Shown here piece after piece: positions 1 to 12,762 of a stretch of DNA of 64,000 nucleotides. The translations under genes were made by a program, and so were the position numbers. This DNA comes from Camelus ferus. Its lineage: Eukaryota. The stretch's first letter is position 1. Every line of letters starts with the position of its first letter. The notes beneath the pieces were generated by a model. It searched no databases and had not been told where the DNA came from. It worked only from the letters and a program-made list of their open reading frames with translations. The stretch lies in the NCBI RefSeq assembly GCF_009834535.1, contig NC_045697.1, positions 67,954,001 through 68,018,000 of the forward strand, in the 5' to 3' direction.

Positions 1-96
1 CCTCCTGGCCAAGTGCCCACTTGGCTTCCTAGGGAGGCACTTCTTCCATTCCTAAAAATATCACTCATATCTAAAGTAGATTTTGATGAGAGGGCA

Positions 97-568
97 TCAA
101 GGGGTTAACTATAATATAAGACCTAAAACTGCATGGGCGGCTTTGACATCTTTGAGCCTCACAGGACCCCCTAAAACTGTGAGTTCTGCTCTCACCAGAC
201 ATGCCCCATCCAATGGGAAAGCCTCCTCATCTGAATAGTTTCCCTAATAGCTGGAACAACCGCACTCTACCAGTCCTCAACCTAACAAGTTTCACTTCTC
301 TGCCAGACTAAGGGGTACCTCACCCACTCGTTACTGCAAAGGCTGCCTCCCACAGCCCCCGGCTTTTCAGTGTGCTTCAGAACATAAGCTCTGGTTGGCC
401 TCGCATGGCAGGCAATGCCCCCATCTCCCAGGTTGTAAGTACACATCACTAATAAACTGCTGTCAATTTCATTGTCCCATGTTGGATGCTGTGTTTTTGG
501 TCATTTCACACTATTGAGGACAGAGATTCTTCCCTCAGCAACAGGGTGAATAAGAGGTGATAAGAACA
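97..568 (+). mobile_element. Solo ERVL-class LTR, MER54-like
   Basis: Starts tcaaggggttaact...acctaaaactgcatgggcggctttgacatctttgagcctcacagg; AATAAA at 451; ends ...gaataagaggtgataagaaCA. Resembles the recalled MER54/MER73-group consensus. Confidence 0.65.
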
Positions 569-2087
569 CTAGGTATCTATTAGCATCCATTTAAAAAATA
601 TGAAAAGGCTTTTCTTTAATAGTCAATGTATCATTCTTTTTCTTTCTTGAAACTGTATTTCCACCATACTAGCCACACATATGAAAAGATATTAGAAATA
701 CTGTTTCATAAAATCCATACACAAAATCATTTGTTCTTTGATATATTGCAAAAACCAAAAAAAAAAAAGGAATTCCTCACCTATAAATACATATTTAAAC
801 ACATACACATAGATATTTCCCCACATATTTTTTATTTTGTAAAAGGTATTAATGCTTTCCCTTTTTTTTTAAATAATGTCCATGGGTTTAAACAAAGAAA
901 GTCTTTACCCAGCACACTATTATACAGGTGTTGATTTATATTTTATTCTGGGAAAAATATTGTTTTATAAATTGTTAGTATATGCAGGATTTACTTAAAC
1001 GTAATATGTAAAATTGAGGTCTAAATTACTTTTCCAAGTGTAAAAGCAAGTTTTAAACAACATAATTTTAATAATTTCTCCCCATTACTGCTTTGACAGA
1101 CATACTATAGGAAAGTCTTTCTATTTATTTCCAGTGGTCTGTTTCTGCATCAGTTCCATGTCTTAATTTCCATAGCTTTATATGTTTAAAATATAATAAA
1201 GTAAGTTAAGCACATTACCCTTATATTACAAAAATTTCCTTCCAAACTCCAGTCTTTTTTTTTTAAACTTTAATGGAAGTTTTTATACTTCACTTAATGT
1301 TAGGATTTCTTACTATGTCTAAAATGATATCTTCTATATCTTGTATTTGTTATATAATATCAACTTTTCAATATTTTTTGCCTGATCCTATGATTTTTCT
1401 TCAAAGTTGATCATGTATATTCTATGAGAAATACTGACTTACCAATCACATTGAAAATAAGGCAGCATTTTACTAAATAAATACAGCTTAAAAAAAGAAA
1501 TGAGAGGTTACCACAGTCAAAATCTAAGGGTTATTGCCAAAAATGTGTATGAGGTCCCAGGTGAAAGGTCTAACATATCACAAATTAATGACTACTAATA
1601 GGTTAAAAGTTGGTTGTTTTCATCTCCCCTTAATTATACATAGGTAGTGTCATTACTCAATTACAGAAATGAATAGATCTAATAGCCGGTGTCTTGACTC
1701 ACCATGATCTGCTAGGAGCTAGAATTACTCTCCCCCATCATCAATAAAAGCATTCTGATCATTCCTGTGGCATGTGTGTCCTAGTGACCATCATTTCCTA
1801 TCATTCTCCTCCACTCTAAAGCATTATTTAGAAACTGAGTATTTGTTCAAAACCCAGCACACCACCTACCATTGCAAAATCACCTAAAATCAATACCAGA
1901 AATGGAGACGTGTTGATTTGAGAATACAAAAACTATTTTGGGTGTTTGTACAATGAGATGGAAGCAATACATTGATGAGAATTCTTCAGCGTTCTGGCTG
2001 ATTCACATCTCACTTGTATCGGTAAACTTCTTCCCTTCCACGTGATATTGTGCTGAAACCTCTTCAGAAAACACATACTGGTTAATA

Positions 2088-2164
2088 TTTTGGATTAAGC
2101 CTTATGAAACTGTCATTTTCATGTTGATTTTCAAATAGCAACAGCTGCATGTTTCCATTTAATA
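2088..2164. mobile_element. Degenerate MADE2-like mariner MITE
   Basis: ttggattaagccttatgaaactgtcattttc...catgtttccatttaata resembles the ~80-bp palindromic MADE2 termini; strongly decayed. Confidence 0.35.
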
Positions 2165-3988
2165 TTTCAGTTGTTCCTGAGCATGTGTTCAACAGAAACT
2201 GTAACTTACTTTAATCAGATAGAAATAAAGAATAATCAGGGGTGGGGAGAAATCTCTCTATACACTAAATTTAACTTTGAAGAACAATTGGAAAAATGGA
2301 AATCTAGGACCTTTTAGACTTTCATGATCATAAATTATTATTGCTTTCTATTTTTTTTCTTTTTCAGAGGATATGGGAATCTAATGTTGCTGTTATTCTA
2401 TATCTTCAAGGTGACCTGATTTTGCTGACACTGAGCTCATCAGGAAAGACTGCAAATAGATAAAATAATGTTTACTTACTCTTTGTTAAAATTTTACTAG
2501 CAAAGACCTTTAAAATAATTTTAATTCTTTCACTGCTTGTTAAATTCAAGTTCATAAAGACACAGACTTAAAAAAAGAGAGAGAGACAAATTGCACCCCA
2601 GGAAGTGAAAAACACATTTGTGACCATTGTCTTAATTTTCTATGGTTAAATGATGCAAGTCGCTTGACTACTAAGTAATGCTTTAGAGAGTCACATTTGA
2701 GACAGTGTCTGTTATAGTCTTCCTTTCACAGTAGAAACTCTGTTTTACTTAATTTAGTTTGCTTATAATTAAAAAACAAATCTCCTGTACTTAATTACTT
2801 TTATTTTGTTCTCAGATTCCCCTTCTTAAGTAATTGTGTAATCAGTGATCAAGTATACCAGGCTTTTCATATGGTTTGATGCTGATAAGGTATTTGTACC
2901 ACCTCATTTGGTGGGCTGGTCTGAATGAAGATAATAGGGATGGTATTAGCTGAATGCAGCTCTGCAACAATGCTTTCAATTTATTGTAAGGACTACAACT
3001 CTTGCCATTACACATAACCCCCCACACACACACTTATTAGAGTAAAGTACACATATCACATTGCAAAGTACAGAATAGGATCCATTTATATATCTGAACA
3101 ATACTTTTATGAAACATTTGAGATCCAGATATTTTGAGAGGTTTACGTTTTTCGTCAGCTGTGGCCATGTAAAAGTGTAACTGGAAGCAGGGAAAGTATC
3201 TCTCAGATCGAGGTTGCTGCACAGCAGGCTAGTTAACATCAATAGAAGATAAGGTCAGTTCTTGGTAGATGAAAAAATCATTAAATTGGGGTTTCCTGTA
3301 CCTATACTATAAGTAAATTTTTGCTCCTACATTTTAAAGCCACTTATTTGTGATGTAAGTGTGAGATCGCTAATATTTTTAAACAGCTGATAATTTTTTC
3401 CAAATTTAAAAGAATATATAAGGAAAGAAGTGAAAAGAAGGAAGAGGGCCAAAGCAATATATCAGCATGCCAAATTCAACTCACTGACCAAAAGTTGAGA
3501 CAGATCATCTAAACTTTGGGTCATAAATTTGGTTCTGTTAACACAGATACTGCCTAAGTAAAGGCCTTGAAAGTTTGCTTTGTTTTTAGAAGGTAAGCAA
3601 CATATTTCCCTTTAATGTATGAATTCTGATGGCATTCATATTAGAATCTTCAACTAAGTTCTTGGCTCAAGATTTGTCACTACCACTTTTCCCTGTGAGA
3701 CTGGGTTAGCGATATCAATGCTAGCAATAAATACAGACAAATAAACAAGCAAAAGTATTTCTCCAATAGTACAAGGTTTTCCAGTCACATAATAAGCAAA
3801 AAACCATCCCTCTCTAAAAGTTTCCAACTGGAAACCTCTTTAGGGTACTGGATGCCAACTTCTTAGTTTTACCATTTACTTATTTTAATATTATCCTCAA
3901 AGAATTTGCATATTTAAAGAAATAATTTCATATTTTTTTAAAGTCTTTAGTCTGAAATTTTCAATTCCTTTTAGCAGTCAAGTTAAAA

Positions 3989-4012
3989 CACACACACACA
4001 CACACACACACA
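3989..4012. repeat. (CA)12 microsatellite
   Basis: Read directly from the sequence. Confidence 0.95.
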
Positions 4013-5467
4013 AGAAAACCAGTAAAGAATTTAGATCAATTTTCTAATATTGCACCACATTCTATTAAGTAGCACTAATTGCACTGGGAATGGGAATTAA
4101 TTGAGAAGCCTTGGCTCTCTTTGCATAGCTGCTTGAACTTACACATTATCTTTGGAGTTCATTCTTAGAGAGCAGTGTTTTCACACTGTCTTCACGTCCC
4201 ATGACCTAATATGAACAAATGTATGTGTAATTTACCAGTGCATCACCACTGAAATGCTGTGAATCAATGCAGCCAAAGTACATAAAAATGACAATATAGT
4301 TATTTCCCAATTATCCCACAGTAGCAGAGTAACCAGTGTTTCAATATAAAGTGTAATTGATTCCTAATTAACTGAACTTTCACAGAGAGGCCACAGTCCA
4401 TAACTTCATTAAACAGTGAAAACACAAATAACTATTCATAAGGAAAGAATTAGCATGTACTATATTCTTATTTACTTTCTAATCTGTAGATGTTTTACGT
4501 TCTGGTCTGTGGAAAGGCTGCTCAAACTGCAATATGTCATTCAGATGTTCCTCAGGGAATAGGAAATTTGCCCAGTGATGTTCATTAGGGAGAGAAAAAA
4601 ATATTGGGTTTTTGATATTTGATGTGCTCTAGGGGGCTTGGCTCAGTTCTTGGACCATTTCCAATACAAGGGTGTAGAAATATCCAAATCTGTGAATTTA
4701 GGGCACATTACCTAAGCTTGTTAGGGCCCTCAAGGAGGATGGAAGAGTAGAAATGACGAAATGACAGAGCAAAAGGGACAAGGGTCTATCCATGCCTAAT
4801 GGGAGAAATGAATGCTGAGTGTAGTTTTAATCACAAATGCTGCTCAAATCATTTCCATTTTAGAGGGGTCCATGAGATAAAGGAAGAGGCAACATATACC
4901 TATGTATTATGAGCCAACAAGATGGAATACAATGAGGCCTGCTACATGGAAGTACCACATGTTGCCTTGTAACTGTGCTGGAGTTGATTTTCCTACCTTA
5001 ACGTAACCCTAGCCCTATTATTGAGCTTTGTAGAGATGTCATTTTTGCTTACCTGTAACTTGGCAAAAAGACTGAGATGATTTGCAAATGTTGGACTACA
5101 ATGTAATTTAAAATATTTATGAACTATTTGAATGGTGATAATAAAAAACACTCACTGGAAATCACCAGTATTTTAATTTTGGCCTGCCATAATTTTGGTG
5201 TACTCCCTGAAGAAAATTTGTCCCATATGATAAATGTCATTGACTATAATGACTTCACCATTCACTGGTCATTTTTTGAATTTCAAGATTGTGCATATCA
5301 ACTCACATAAAATTGTACATGGAAATACAATTGTATAATGTAAGTACTCAGTATAGCATGTGTCTGTGATACTGAACTAAGCAGATGCTAGCACAGGGGC
5401 TCATCTGCCAGTGTCATGCTCTTTCCACGGTATGATAATTTAGGAAATAAGCACTGAGAGGGCATAG

Positions 5468-5867
5468 AGTGGATACCTTTGGTGTTCTGTCCAATTTTCT
5501 TTTGGAGGCTGGTGTCCTAATCCCCTAGCTACTAGATGAATTAGCAAATAAATACTCAGAGCAACCTAATTTCCCTGGAGAATTCTCCTTGGCCCCCTTC
5601 CACAAGAGCCTATGCTTCTTCCTTTCTACTCAGCAGAACTTAGCCAGAGACTGAATGCTAGATCCATTGTCACAGGTGAGAATAACACTATGACCTAATT
5701 TGTACTTAAGAATAAAGCTAATTTTCAGCTAAGTTTTCATTATTCTTTAGCATTTCTCCCCTGGCCTGTCCCAGCTCCCTCACTCCCCTTGCCCTAAGGG
5801 CACTCATCCAATAAATAACATTACAAGAATCCCCATTTCAGTCACTTCTAGAAAATCCTACCGAAGA
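5468..5867 (+). mobile_element. LTR16-family (ERVL) 5' LTR
   Basis: Starts gtggatacctttggtgttctgtcc; ggagaattctccttggcc; 3' end ccaataaataacattacaagaatccccatttcagtcacttctagaaaatcctaccgaaga is typical of LTR16; abuts internal sequence. Confidence 0.75.
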
Positions 5868-6611
5868 GTGAGCAGTGGTCCTAGGAAGCTAGTTCTAAGA
5901 ATGACATCTAGAGTTGGGTCATTCACTGACTGTATGACTTTGAGTGTCCCATCACTATTGCAGGTGAAGGACTGATTGGGCCCTGTCATGCTACAGCTGT
6001 AATAGTGAACTGGGGTGGCATATAGGTGGAAAGTGAAGCACTATCCTCGTGCAATGTCTCCAGCATTTGAAAGGTGTTATAGAAAAAGAAAATATGAGAA
6101 CTTCAGAATTGAATGCTTGTTGCTAAGCACCACTGATATATTAAAGAGAAACAAAATGACTGGCTGAAATTTATTAATCAATTACTTAAAAGCAAAAGTA
6201 GAGTTAGGAGGCCTTATTTATAGCTTTTAAGGAAACTCTCATCTCCTGAAATCCTAGAGAAGAATCATTAAATTTCAAGATGAGGACATAACTATAGGAG
6301 TGCAGAACTTCAGAAAAGCCTGAATGCTCAGCCTCAACAAGTCTTCTATGCCAGGCTAGGGCCTGGTGTGGAATTAATCATTAAACCCAGAGATTCTGAT
6401 GGGGGGATCTGCCTTTGAGAATCTTGAATCTTGAAGTTCTGCTGGACTTTCTAGGTCAATTCCCTCTTCTTGGCAGACAGACACCCCCCTTCCTAGCTAC
6501 TTGCTTAAAACAATATAGAAACTTCAAATAAGGCAATTATGTACAAGACAATGCTCACCCTCTTCAAGATGTTCCCCCAACTGCCCTCCTAGCCAAAAGA
6601 CTATGCTTCCC

Positions 6612-7008
6612 TAGTTCTATTGACATATAATTGATATACAACATTGTGTAAGTTCAAGATGCTAAAACAAGATACTTGATGCACATATATATTGCAAAAT
6701 GGTTACTCCATTATGGTTAGTCAACACATCCACCATCTCACAAAATTATCATTTTTTGTGTGTTGCTGTGAGAACATTTAAGATCTACTCTCTTAGCAAC
6801 TTTAAAATATACAACACAGTTAATTACAGCCACCATGTTGTATATTAGATCCCCAGAACTTACTCATCTAATAACTGGAAGTTCGTACCCTTTGACTAAC
6901 ATTTCCCCATTTCCCTATCCCTCAGCTCCTGGCGCCCACCATTCTATTCTCTATTTCTTTGAGTTCTACTTTTTTAGATTCCACATACAAGGAAGACCAT
7001 ACAACTGT
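6612..7008 (-). mobile_element. L1MA9-like 3' UTR fragment (antisense)
   Basis: tattgacatataattgatatacaacattgtgtaag...gagaacatttaagatctactctcttagcaac...cattctattctctatttctttgagtt...ttttagattccacat. Confidence 0.85.
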
Positions 7009-7385
7009 TTGCAATAGACTCTTAATTAGGGTAAGACCTCAGTATAACTCAGTCAGAAATTAGTGAACCAAATCAGATGAAGAGGTTTTATGTATCAAAG
7101 GAGCTATCAGCTCTGGCTAAAATGTGCCAACAGGACATGGGAAGTAGGCCTGGAAGGGACTGTGAGGGTGCCAGAGTGTGCGATAAGGGATAGTGTCTAT
7201 ATTGAGGTACTCTCTGGTAGCAAATAATGCACTCACAAGAGATGATTTGAATGCTTGAAAAAAGGGTCAGTTTTCATTAAATGAAGTAGAGATGCCAGAA
7301 CTGCCTTGGTAATACACTGATAAATTAATGAAAAGGGTCAGAAAGTTGGCATGCTACCATGGGTTTACTATATATGACCAAAGAA

Positions 7386-8290
7386 ATCACTAATCATCAG
7401 GGAAAAGCAAATTAAAATAACAATGAGATACACCACATACCTGTTAGAGTGGCTACTATCAAAAAGGCAAGAGATAACAAAGTCTGATGAGGATATGGAG
7501 AACAGGGAACCCTTGTGCACTGTTGGTGGCAATGTAAATTGGTGCAGCCACTATGGAAAACAGTATGAAAACTTACCCCAAACTTAAAAATAGAACTATC
7601 ATATGATCCAGCCATCCTATTTCTGGGTATATGTATCCAAAGGGAATGAAAACCAAGAGACACCTGTATTCTCATGTTCACTGTAGCATCATTCACAATA
7701 GCTAAGATATGGAAATACTCTGAATGTCCATAGACAGATGAATGGATAAAGAAAATGTGATGTATATACATTATTCAGCCATAAAAGGGAAGGAAATCTT
7801 GCCATTAGCAACAAGACAACATGGATGGACCTTGAGAGCATATGCTAAGTGAAATAAGTCAGACAGGAAAAGAAATGCTGCATGGTATAATTTATATGTG
7901 GAATCTATAAATATTGAACTCATAGAAACAGAGAGAAGAATAGAGTAGTGGTTGCCGGGGCTGAAGGGTGGGTGAAATGGGGAGATGTTGGTCAAAGGAT
8001 ACAAATTTTCAGTTATAAGATGAATAAGGTCCAGAGATCTAATGTACAGCATGGTGACTGATAATTAACAATACTGTACTGTATATTTGGAAGTTGCTAT
8101 GAGAGTAGAGCTTTAATGTTCTCACCATGACAACAACAAAATGGTAATTATGTAAGGTGAAGGATGTGTTAACTAATCTTATTTGGTGATCATTTCATTA
8201 TATATATGTGTGTTAAATCATCACATTGTATACCTTAAAAATATACAGTGTTACATGTCAATTACATCTCAATAAAGTTGGAAAAAAATA
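7386..8290 (+). mobile_element. L1MA (L1MA9-like), 5'-truncated: ORF2 C-terminus + 3' UTR + A tail
   Basis: cactaatcatcagggaaaagcaaattaaaataacaatgagatac...ggtgcagccactatggaaaacagtatg...tggataaagaaaatgtg...ctcaataaagttggaaaaaaa. Confidence 0.9.
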
Positions 8291-8334
8291 GAAGAAAAGT
8301 AAACTATATTTCTTGAGAGGCTCATCCACTTGTG

Positions 8335-8760
8335 TCCATGTGTTTTAATTATATTTAACTTACATTTAGCATAGTTTATCTGCCTTCTGAAAAATTGCTT
8401 CATGTTTTATATTCAGATTACCTGCTTAATCTTTTGTCCCTACGAAGTCTATTACTCAGTCTGTTCATTTAATCTTTTAAATAATTTCTATCATTAAAAA
8501 AATTCCTATAAGCTCCCTATTTTCTGACTGCTCTTTCATAACAGTTGGTTATTTTCTTAGAGATACAATGTCTTCTTTCATTTCTCAAGGGATTCTAATT
8601 TGAATTTTTAATGTCCTCTTTTAGTGCCTAAATTATATCTGCTTCTTACAAGGTCATTTGTTCTGTGGATTCATTTTGGTCTATATATTTCATGCTCATA
8701 GTTGCTCTCAAATTTCTGATGATTCTTAGTTCTATTTATGAATGAAAGACTAGGTTAATT
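8335..8760 (-). mobile_element. Old L1M (L1ME-like) antisense fragment
   Basis: T-rich decayed sequence resembling antisense L1 ORF1/5' region. Confidence 0.35.
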
Positions 8761-9239
8761 AAGTATGTGAATTGCCTCTACAGTTTTAAAAGTATATTTC
8801 ACAAAACTGTCCCTCCCTTCAATAAAATGACTGACAACTCACACTAAGTAAGTACAAGAGATTTGTCAACAGGTAAGAATCCCTAAAAGGTGCCCAAGAC
8901 AGTGGACAGGCAGGCATACTAGGGACTCTCTCAACCTCTTTAGGCGAGCATTTTATTGAAATTGGATTAATATAGTGAAAGTTACATCTGAACTGAGGTG
9001 TCTTCTTTCTTGTTTGTTTTTTTTTTTTTGACTCTGAAACTTTAATACAGAAGCACTTCAAGCTTAAACATTTCTTTAAATTAGTGCTTTAAACCTTTGA
9101 ATCCACATAAGTGTCTTAGGCCTGCTGCTAGCAATTCTGTATGTATGGGGGAGGTGAAAAGATGTGATTAGCTCAAGTATTAAAACTGTAGTTCTTTAAA
9201 TACCCAGATGACCATCTTAAAGCCATCTTCTATTCTGCA

Positions 9240-9259
9240 TTTTTTTTTTTTTTTTTTTT
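9240..9259. repeat. Poly-T (20 nt)
   Basis: Read directly from the sequence. Confidence 0.9.
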
Positions 9260-10375
9260 AGTTTGGATTTAAATCTAGTCTCAACTTTCTCTAAAGAAGC
9301 TTTGATAGCTCTAGTGGTTGGGTTCTGGTTTTCTCTTATCTATTTGACATCTCAAGAAATCTTATCCTCTTCTATTCAAATCGTCCAGAATTTTCTCAAC
9401 ATTTTTATCCCTTAATAACAAGTTTACTTTTAATGAGCAGTGCCTTGTGTTCACTATTTTTATTCCATTCTCTGCCTTTTTCTACATGTGTTGAATCCAA
9501 CATTTTGAATCAGAATTCAAATGGACAGTTTATTATAATGCTAAGGTCTGACTTTAAGTGAATTAAATGAGTCCACTTAACAATTATAGGTTGCAAAAGT
9601 TTATACTTTATATCATAGACAAAAAACCAGAAACAAAATTGAGATTTTCTAATTAATTTTAAGTGAATATCTATAAAAGATAAGCATTGAGATAAGAATT
9701 TTAGAATTTAATAGAAACCTATGATATTACAGAAACATTGGAAAAATATTTTTTCAGATATTCAAACTATAAAATGGTTGAAAACCTCTTTATCTTTTCC
9801 TAGTTCCATCAAATTGACTACTTACTAATTGAGCTTCAAAGATTAAGGAATAGGATAAGTTGTTAGGTATTATGAATTATTTGGCATTATTTGCTTTTAA
9901 GGCTTCTGGGATTTTTTAGTAAAAATATCGTAAGTTTGCATGGTGAGCTTTTTAAAGAAAAACTTACGAGTTTCCAAGTACTTTTTTCTCTCAACCAAGA
10001 TTTATTTTCTACTGTAAAACCAAATCAAAACCAGAAAGCTACCGAAATGTAAACTGCTATAAAGTGGCAGTTCTCACCCCACACCATGAAGTTCCAATTG
10101 CTTTATTCCTCAATAGATCCTTGTCATTCTTAATTAACTACTATACAACTAACGGTATAAATTCCTATAAACTTGTGATATAATGTATGTGTATGTGTAT
10201 TCCCACAAAGAGAAAACAATTTTATATGTACTCTATTTACAATTACCTTTTAAAACTTGAAAGTTGGTGGTAATATTTGGTTTCTCTCATTCTCATTTTT
10301 TAAATCATAAATCAATCTGAAGTTTGTTTTGATTTGCTTTTGAAATATTCTGTTAGTTACTCAAGAAGTTAGTTA

Positions 10376-10535
10376 CAGTTGTCCCTCGGTAACTGTAGGG
10401 GCTTGGTTCCAGGCGCCCACTAGGATCCAAAATCTGAGGATGCTCAAGTCTCTTACATAAAATGGCTTTGTGTGTGAATAGAGTTGGCCCTCCATATCTA
10501 TGGATTTGAAACTCACAGATATAAAGGGCCGACTG
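10376..10535 (+). mobile_element. Tigger2/MER2-type TcMar MITE (160 bp) with TIRs and TA TSD
   Basis: TA|CAGTTGTCCCTCGGT...AAAGGGCCGACTG|TA; internal ttggttccagg...ccaaaatctgaggatgctcaagtctcttacataaaatggc is typical of MER2/Tigger2. Confidence 0.85.
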
Positions 10536-11339
10536 TAACTTCAAGCATTGGTTCTTCATAGGAAAGTTAAAATTATAAAAATCTTTTATTACTACAATCA
10601 CGATAGGAAAAATCATAAACAGAATTTAGAGACACTGAATTATAATGTCTATCACCAACTTTTGTACAGCACATATGATAGGAAATTCAAACGTTGCCTT
10701 CTAAAACAACCAATTAAAATCATCTTAGTAAAGAACAGACTATACTTGCCTTTGAAGGATTATAGAACAGTATCTCAGAATTGTCCTTATTAAGCTGTTT
10801 ATGAAATTTGAATTTTTCATGAATTCTTGAAAATTTTTGTCATATTAAGGTTGAAAGATGTTTTACTGAACGGAAAAAATAATTTTTTTCTAGAGGTTAT
10901 CACAACAGTGAATTTATCAAAATCTCTTACTCTTTACATTCTAGAAGGTAGAATATGAATAAGTATGTGTTGACATACTTTAATTTCTAAAGACTTCTGA
11001 ATGTCAACTATTGTTTTCTTGTTAAGTAATTAAAATGTGTCAAATAACAAGGAATTGGTTCTTTAAGACAGTTTAATGAATCATTTCACTACAAACATTT
11101 TAATGAAGTTTAAATTTAATACACTGGCTTTTAGATATGCAAAGAAACCAAATTCCTTTGTTTTCTAAAAAGCTCTTGTCTTTCTCATGAACTCCATTGG
11201 GAACAGAGTGAAGTATGGATTGCAACTTATCCTTTTAATATATTTCCTTCTCTTTCAGTGTAAAGTGTCTTCTAGGTAACTCAGTCTTTTTCAGGTAAAT
11301 GAAATTGCTCTTCCTGGAGTTCAATCTGTATATATAGGG

Positions 11340-12020
11340 AAAGGGAGGCTTGCATAATACAGTGGTTGTGGGTAGGTGACTCTCAGCTATATGTAAAAGT
11401 TACTCCCCTTTTCCACGAGTCTTTATGGAGAGTTGCCCTATAGTTTTTTCTTATTGTTATTACAGAGTCCCCAAATAGTTGATGCTTCTACGTCTTTCCT
11501 TTGTCTCAGGCTGTCCATTTCATCACTTTACTGTGGAGTTACTTTGCTCCCTTGGTTCCAATAGCAAAACTGCTGACTTTATTTAACTACCTTCTGCATT
11601 CCCCGGGAAGAGTAAGAACTTCTGGATCCGTATGGAGGCTCATGAGTGCAAGACCTGGTTTCTTCATTGCCCAAACACGGACAACTCGGAGACCACAGCT
11701 TAGCCATGTGGATGCAGCTACTGCTGATTAACCTGTAAGTTTCACACTCATTAGTTTAGCAACCATTGTTGCTCAGCCTTCTTGTTTTCACCTGGGGTCA
11801 TCATGTCTGCAAATCTTCTCTGATAGTTACAAACTGAGGATAGTGTAGGGACTTGGACTTTTCCCTCATCCTAATGGCCCATCTTGCCTTAATGCTAAGA
11901 TTTGTCCCAGTGTTGGAAGTCAGTGTTGGACACAATACCCTGATCGTCTGTTTCTCTGAAATCCTGTTCCTTCTTCTTGTTTCTGCATTACGATGGTATA
12001 GGTGACCTATATTTACTTTC
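11340..12020 (-). mobile_element. Possible ancient MamGypLTR-like LTR
   Basis: Minus strand cagcagtagctgcatccacatggctaagctgtggtctccgag...ccaggtcttgcactcatgag resembles the recalled MamGypLTR1 internal part; boundaries uncertain. Confidence 0.35.
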
Positions 12021-12265
12021 ACAGTGTAATAATAATCATCTTCACCTTATATGTTGCTGTGGAAAAAGAATCCCTAAATGATTTGAAAATATGAACTTAT
12101 CTGTATGAATAATTATAAAGGATTTTCATAAATCCTTTGTAATTAAAAACATTCTAAGCCTATTTAACTCATTGAGGAAGTCTATCAAATAATCTATACT
12201 CTTTTTGTAAACATACTGAATAAATTATCCCATTAGTTCTTTCTGATACCTATTCTAATAGCCAC

Positions 12266-12762
12266 TTTATTAGGGTTAGGGTTAGGGTTCTGCAGAGAAA
12301 TGGGAACCAAGGGGGGAAGGGTAATAGAAAGGGGAGGGGAAAGGAGAAGAGCAGGAGGAGGGAGACAGATGGAGAGAGGGAGGCAAGGAGAGAGACAGAG
12401 AGGGAAGCAGAAAAGGAGATGGATTTATTTTAAGGAATGATTGTGGGGGCTGGCAAATTGGGAAGCTTTAAGTAGGCTGGCAATTTGAAAACTTGGTCAA
12501 GAGCTGATGCTTGTCTTGAACAGTCTTGAGACAGAATTTCTTCTCCCAAGAAACCTTAGTTTTTGCTCTTAAGGCCTTCAAATGATTTAATGAGGCCCAC
12601 TGTATTATCGAGGGGAAATCTCCTTTTCTTAAAGTCAACTGTTTTTAGATGTTACTCACACCTACAAAATAGGTGTGGTTCACACCAACACAGAGATTAC
12701 TGTTTGGTTAAATAACTAGCACTACAGTCTAACCAGGTTGACACATAAAACAAAACATCATA
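12266..12762 (-). mobile_element. MLT2C-like ERVL solo LTR with 5-bp TSD GCCAC
   Basis: tttattagggttagggttagggttctgcagagaa...ttaaggccttcaaatgatttaatgaggcccac...ttgacacataaaacaaaacatcata; GCCAC at 12261-12265 and 12763-12767. Confidence 0.85.

Larger units (their letters stand above)
5868..8325 (+). mobile_element. ERV3-16A3-like internal (leader/gag) remnant interrupted by two L1MA insertions
   Basis: gtgagcagtggtcctaggaagc...gagttgggtcattcactgac...cccatcactattgcaggtg directly after LTR16 matches the recalled ERV3-16A3_I start. Continues at 7010-7385 and resumes briefly at ~8290-8325. No intact ORF. Confidence 0.65.

Noticed and set aside
2368..2410. Candidate exon after a strong polypyrimidine/AG
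   Set aside because: The donor (aag|gtgacc) is weak and no peptide is recognisable; such acceptors are common in T-rich DNA.
7412..8052. Adjacent 119-aa and 93-aa minus-strand ORFs
   Set aside because: Antisense translations of L1 ORF2/3' UTR, a common source of spurious hypothetical proteins.
12270..12287. Interstitial telomere or chromosome-fusion scar
   Set aside because: Only three units, located at an MLT2 terminus that natively contains TTAGGG; no head-to-head array.
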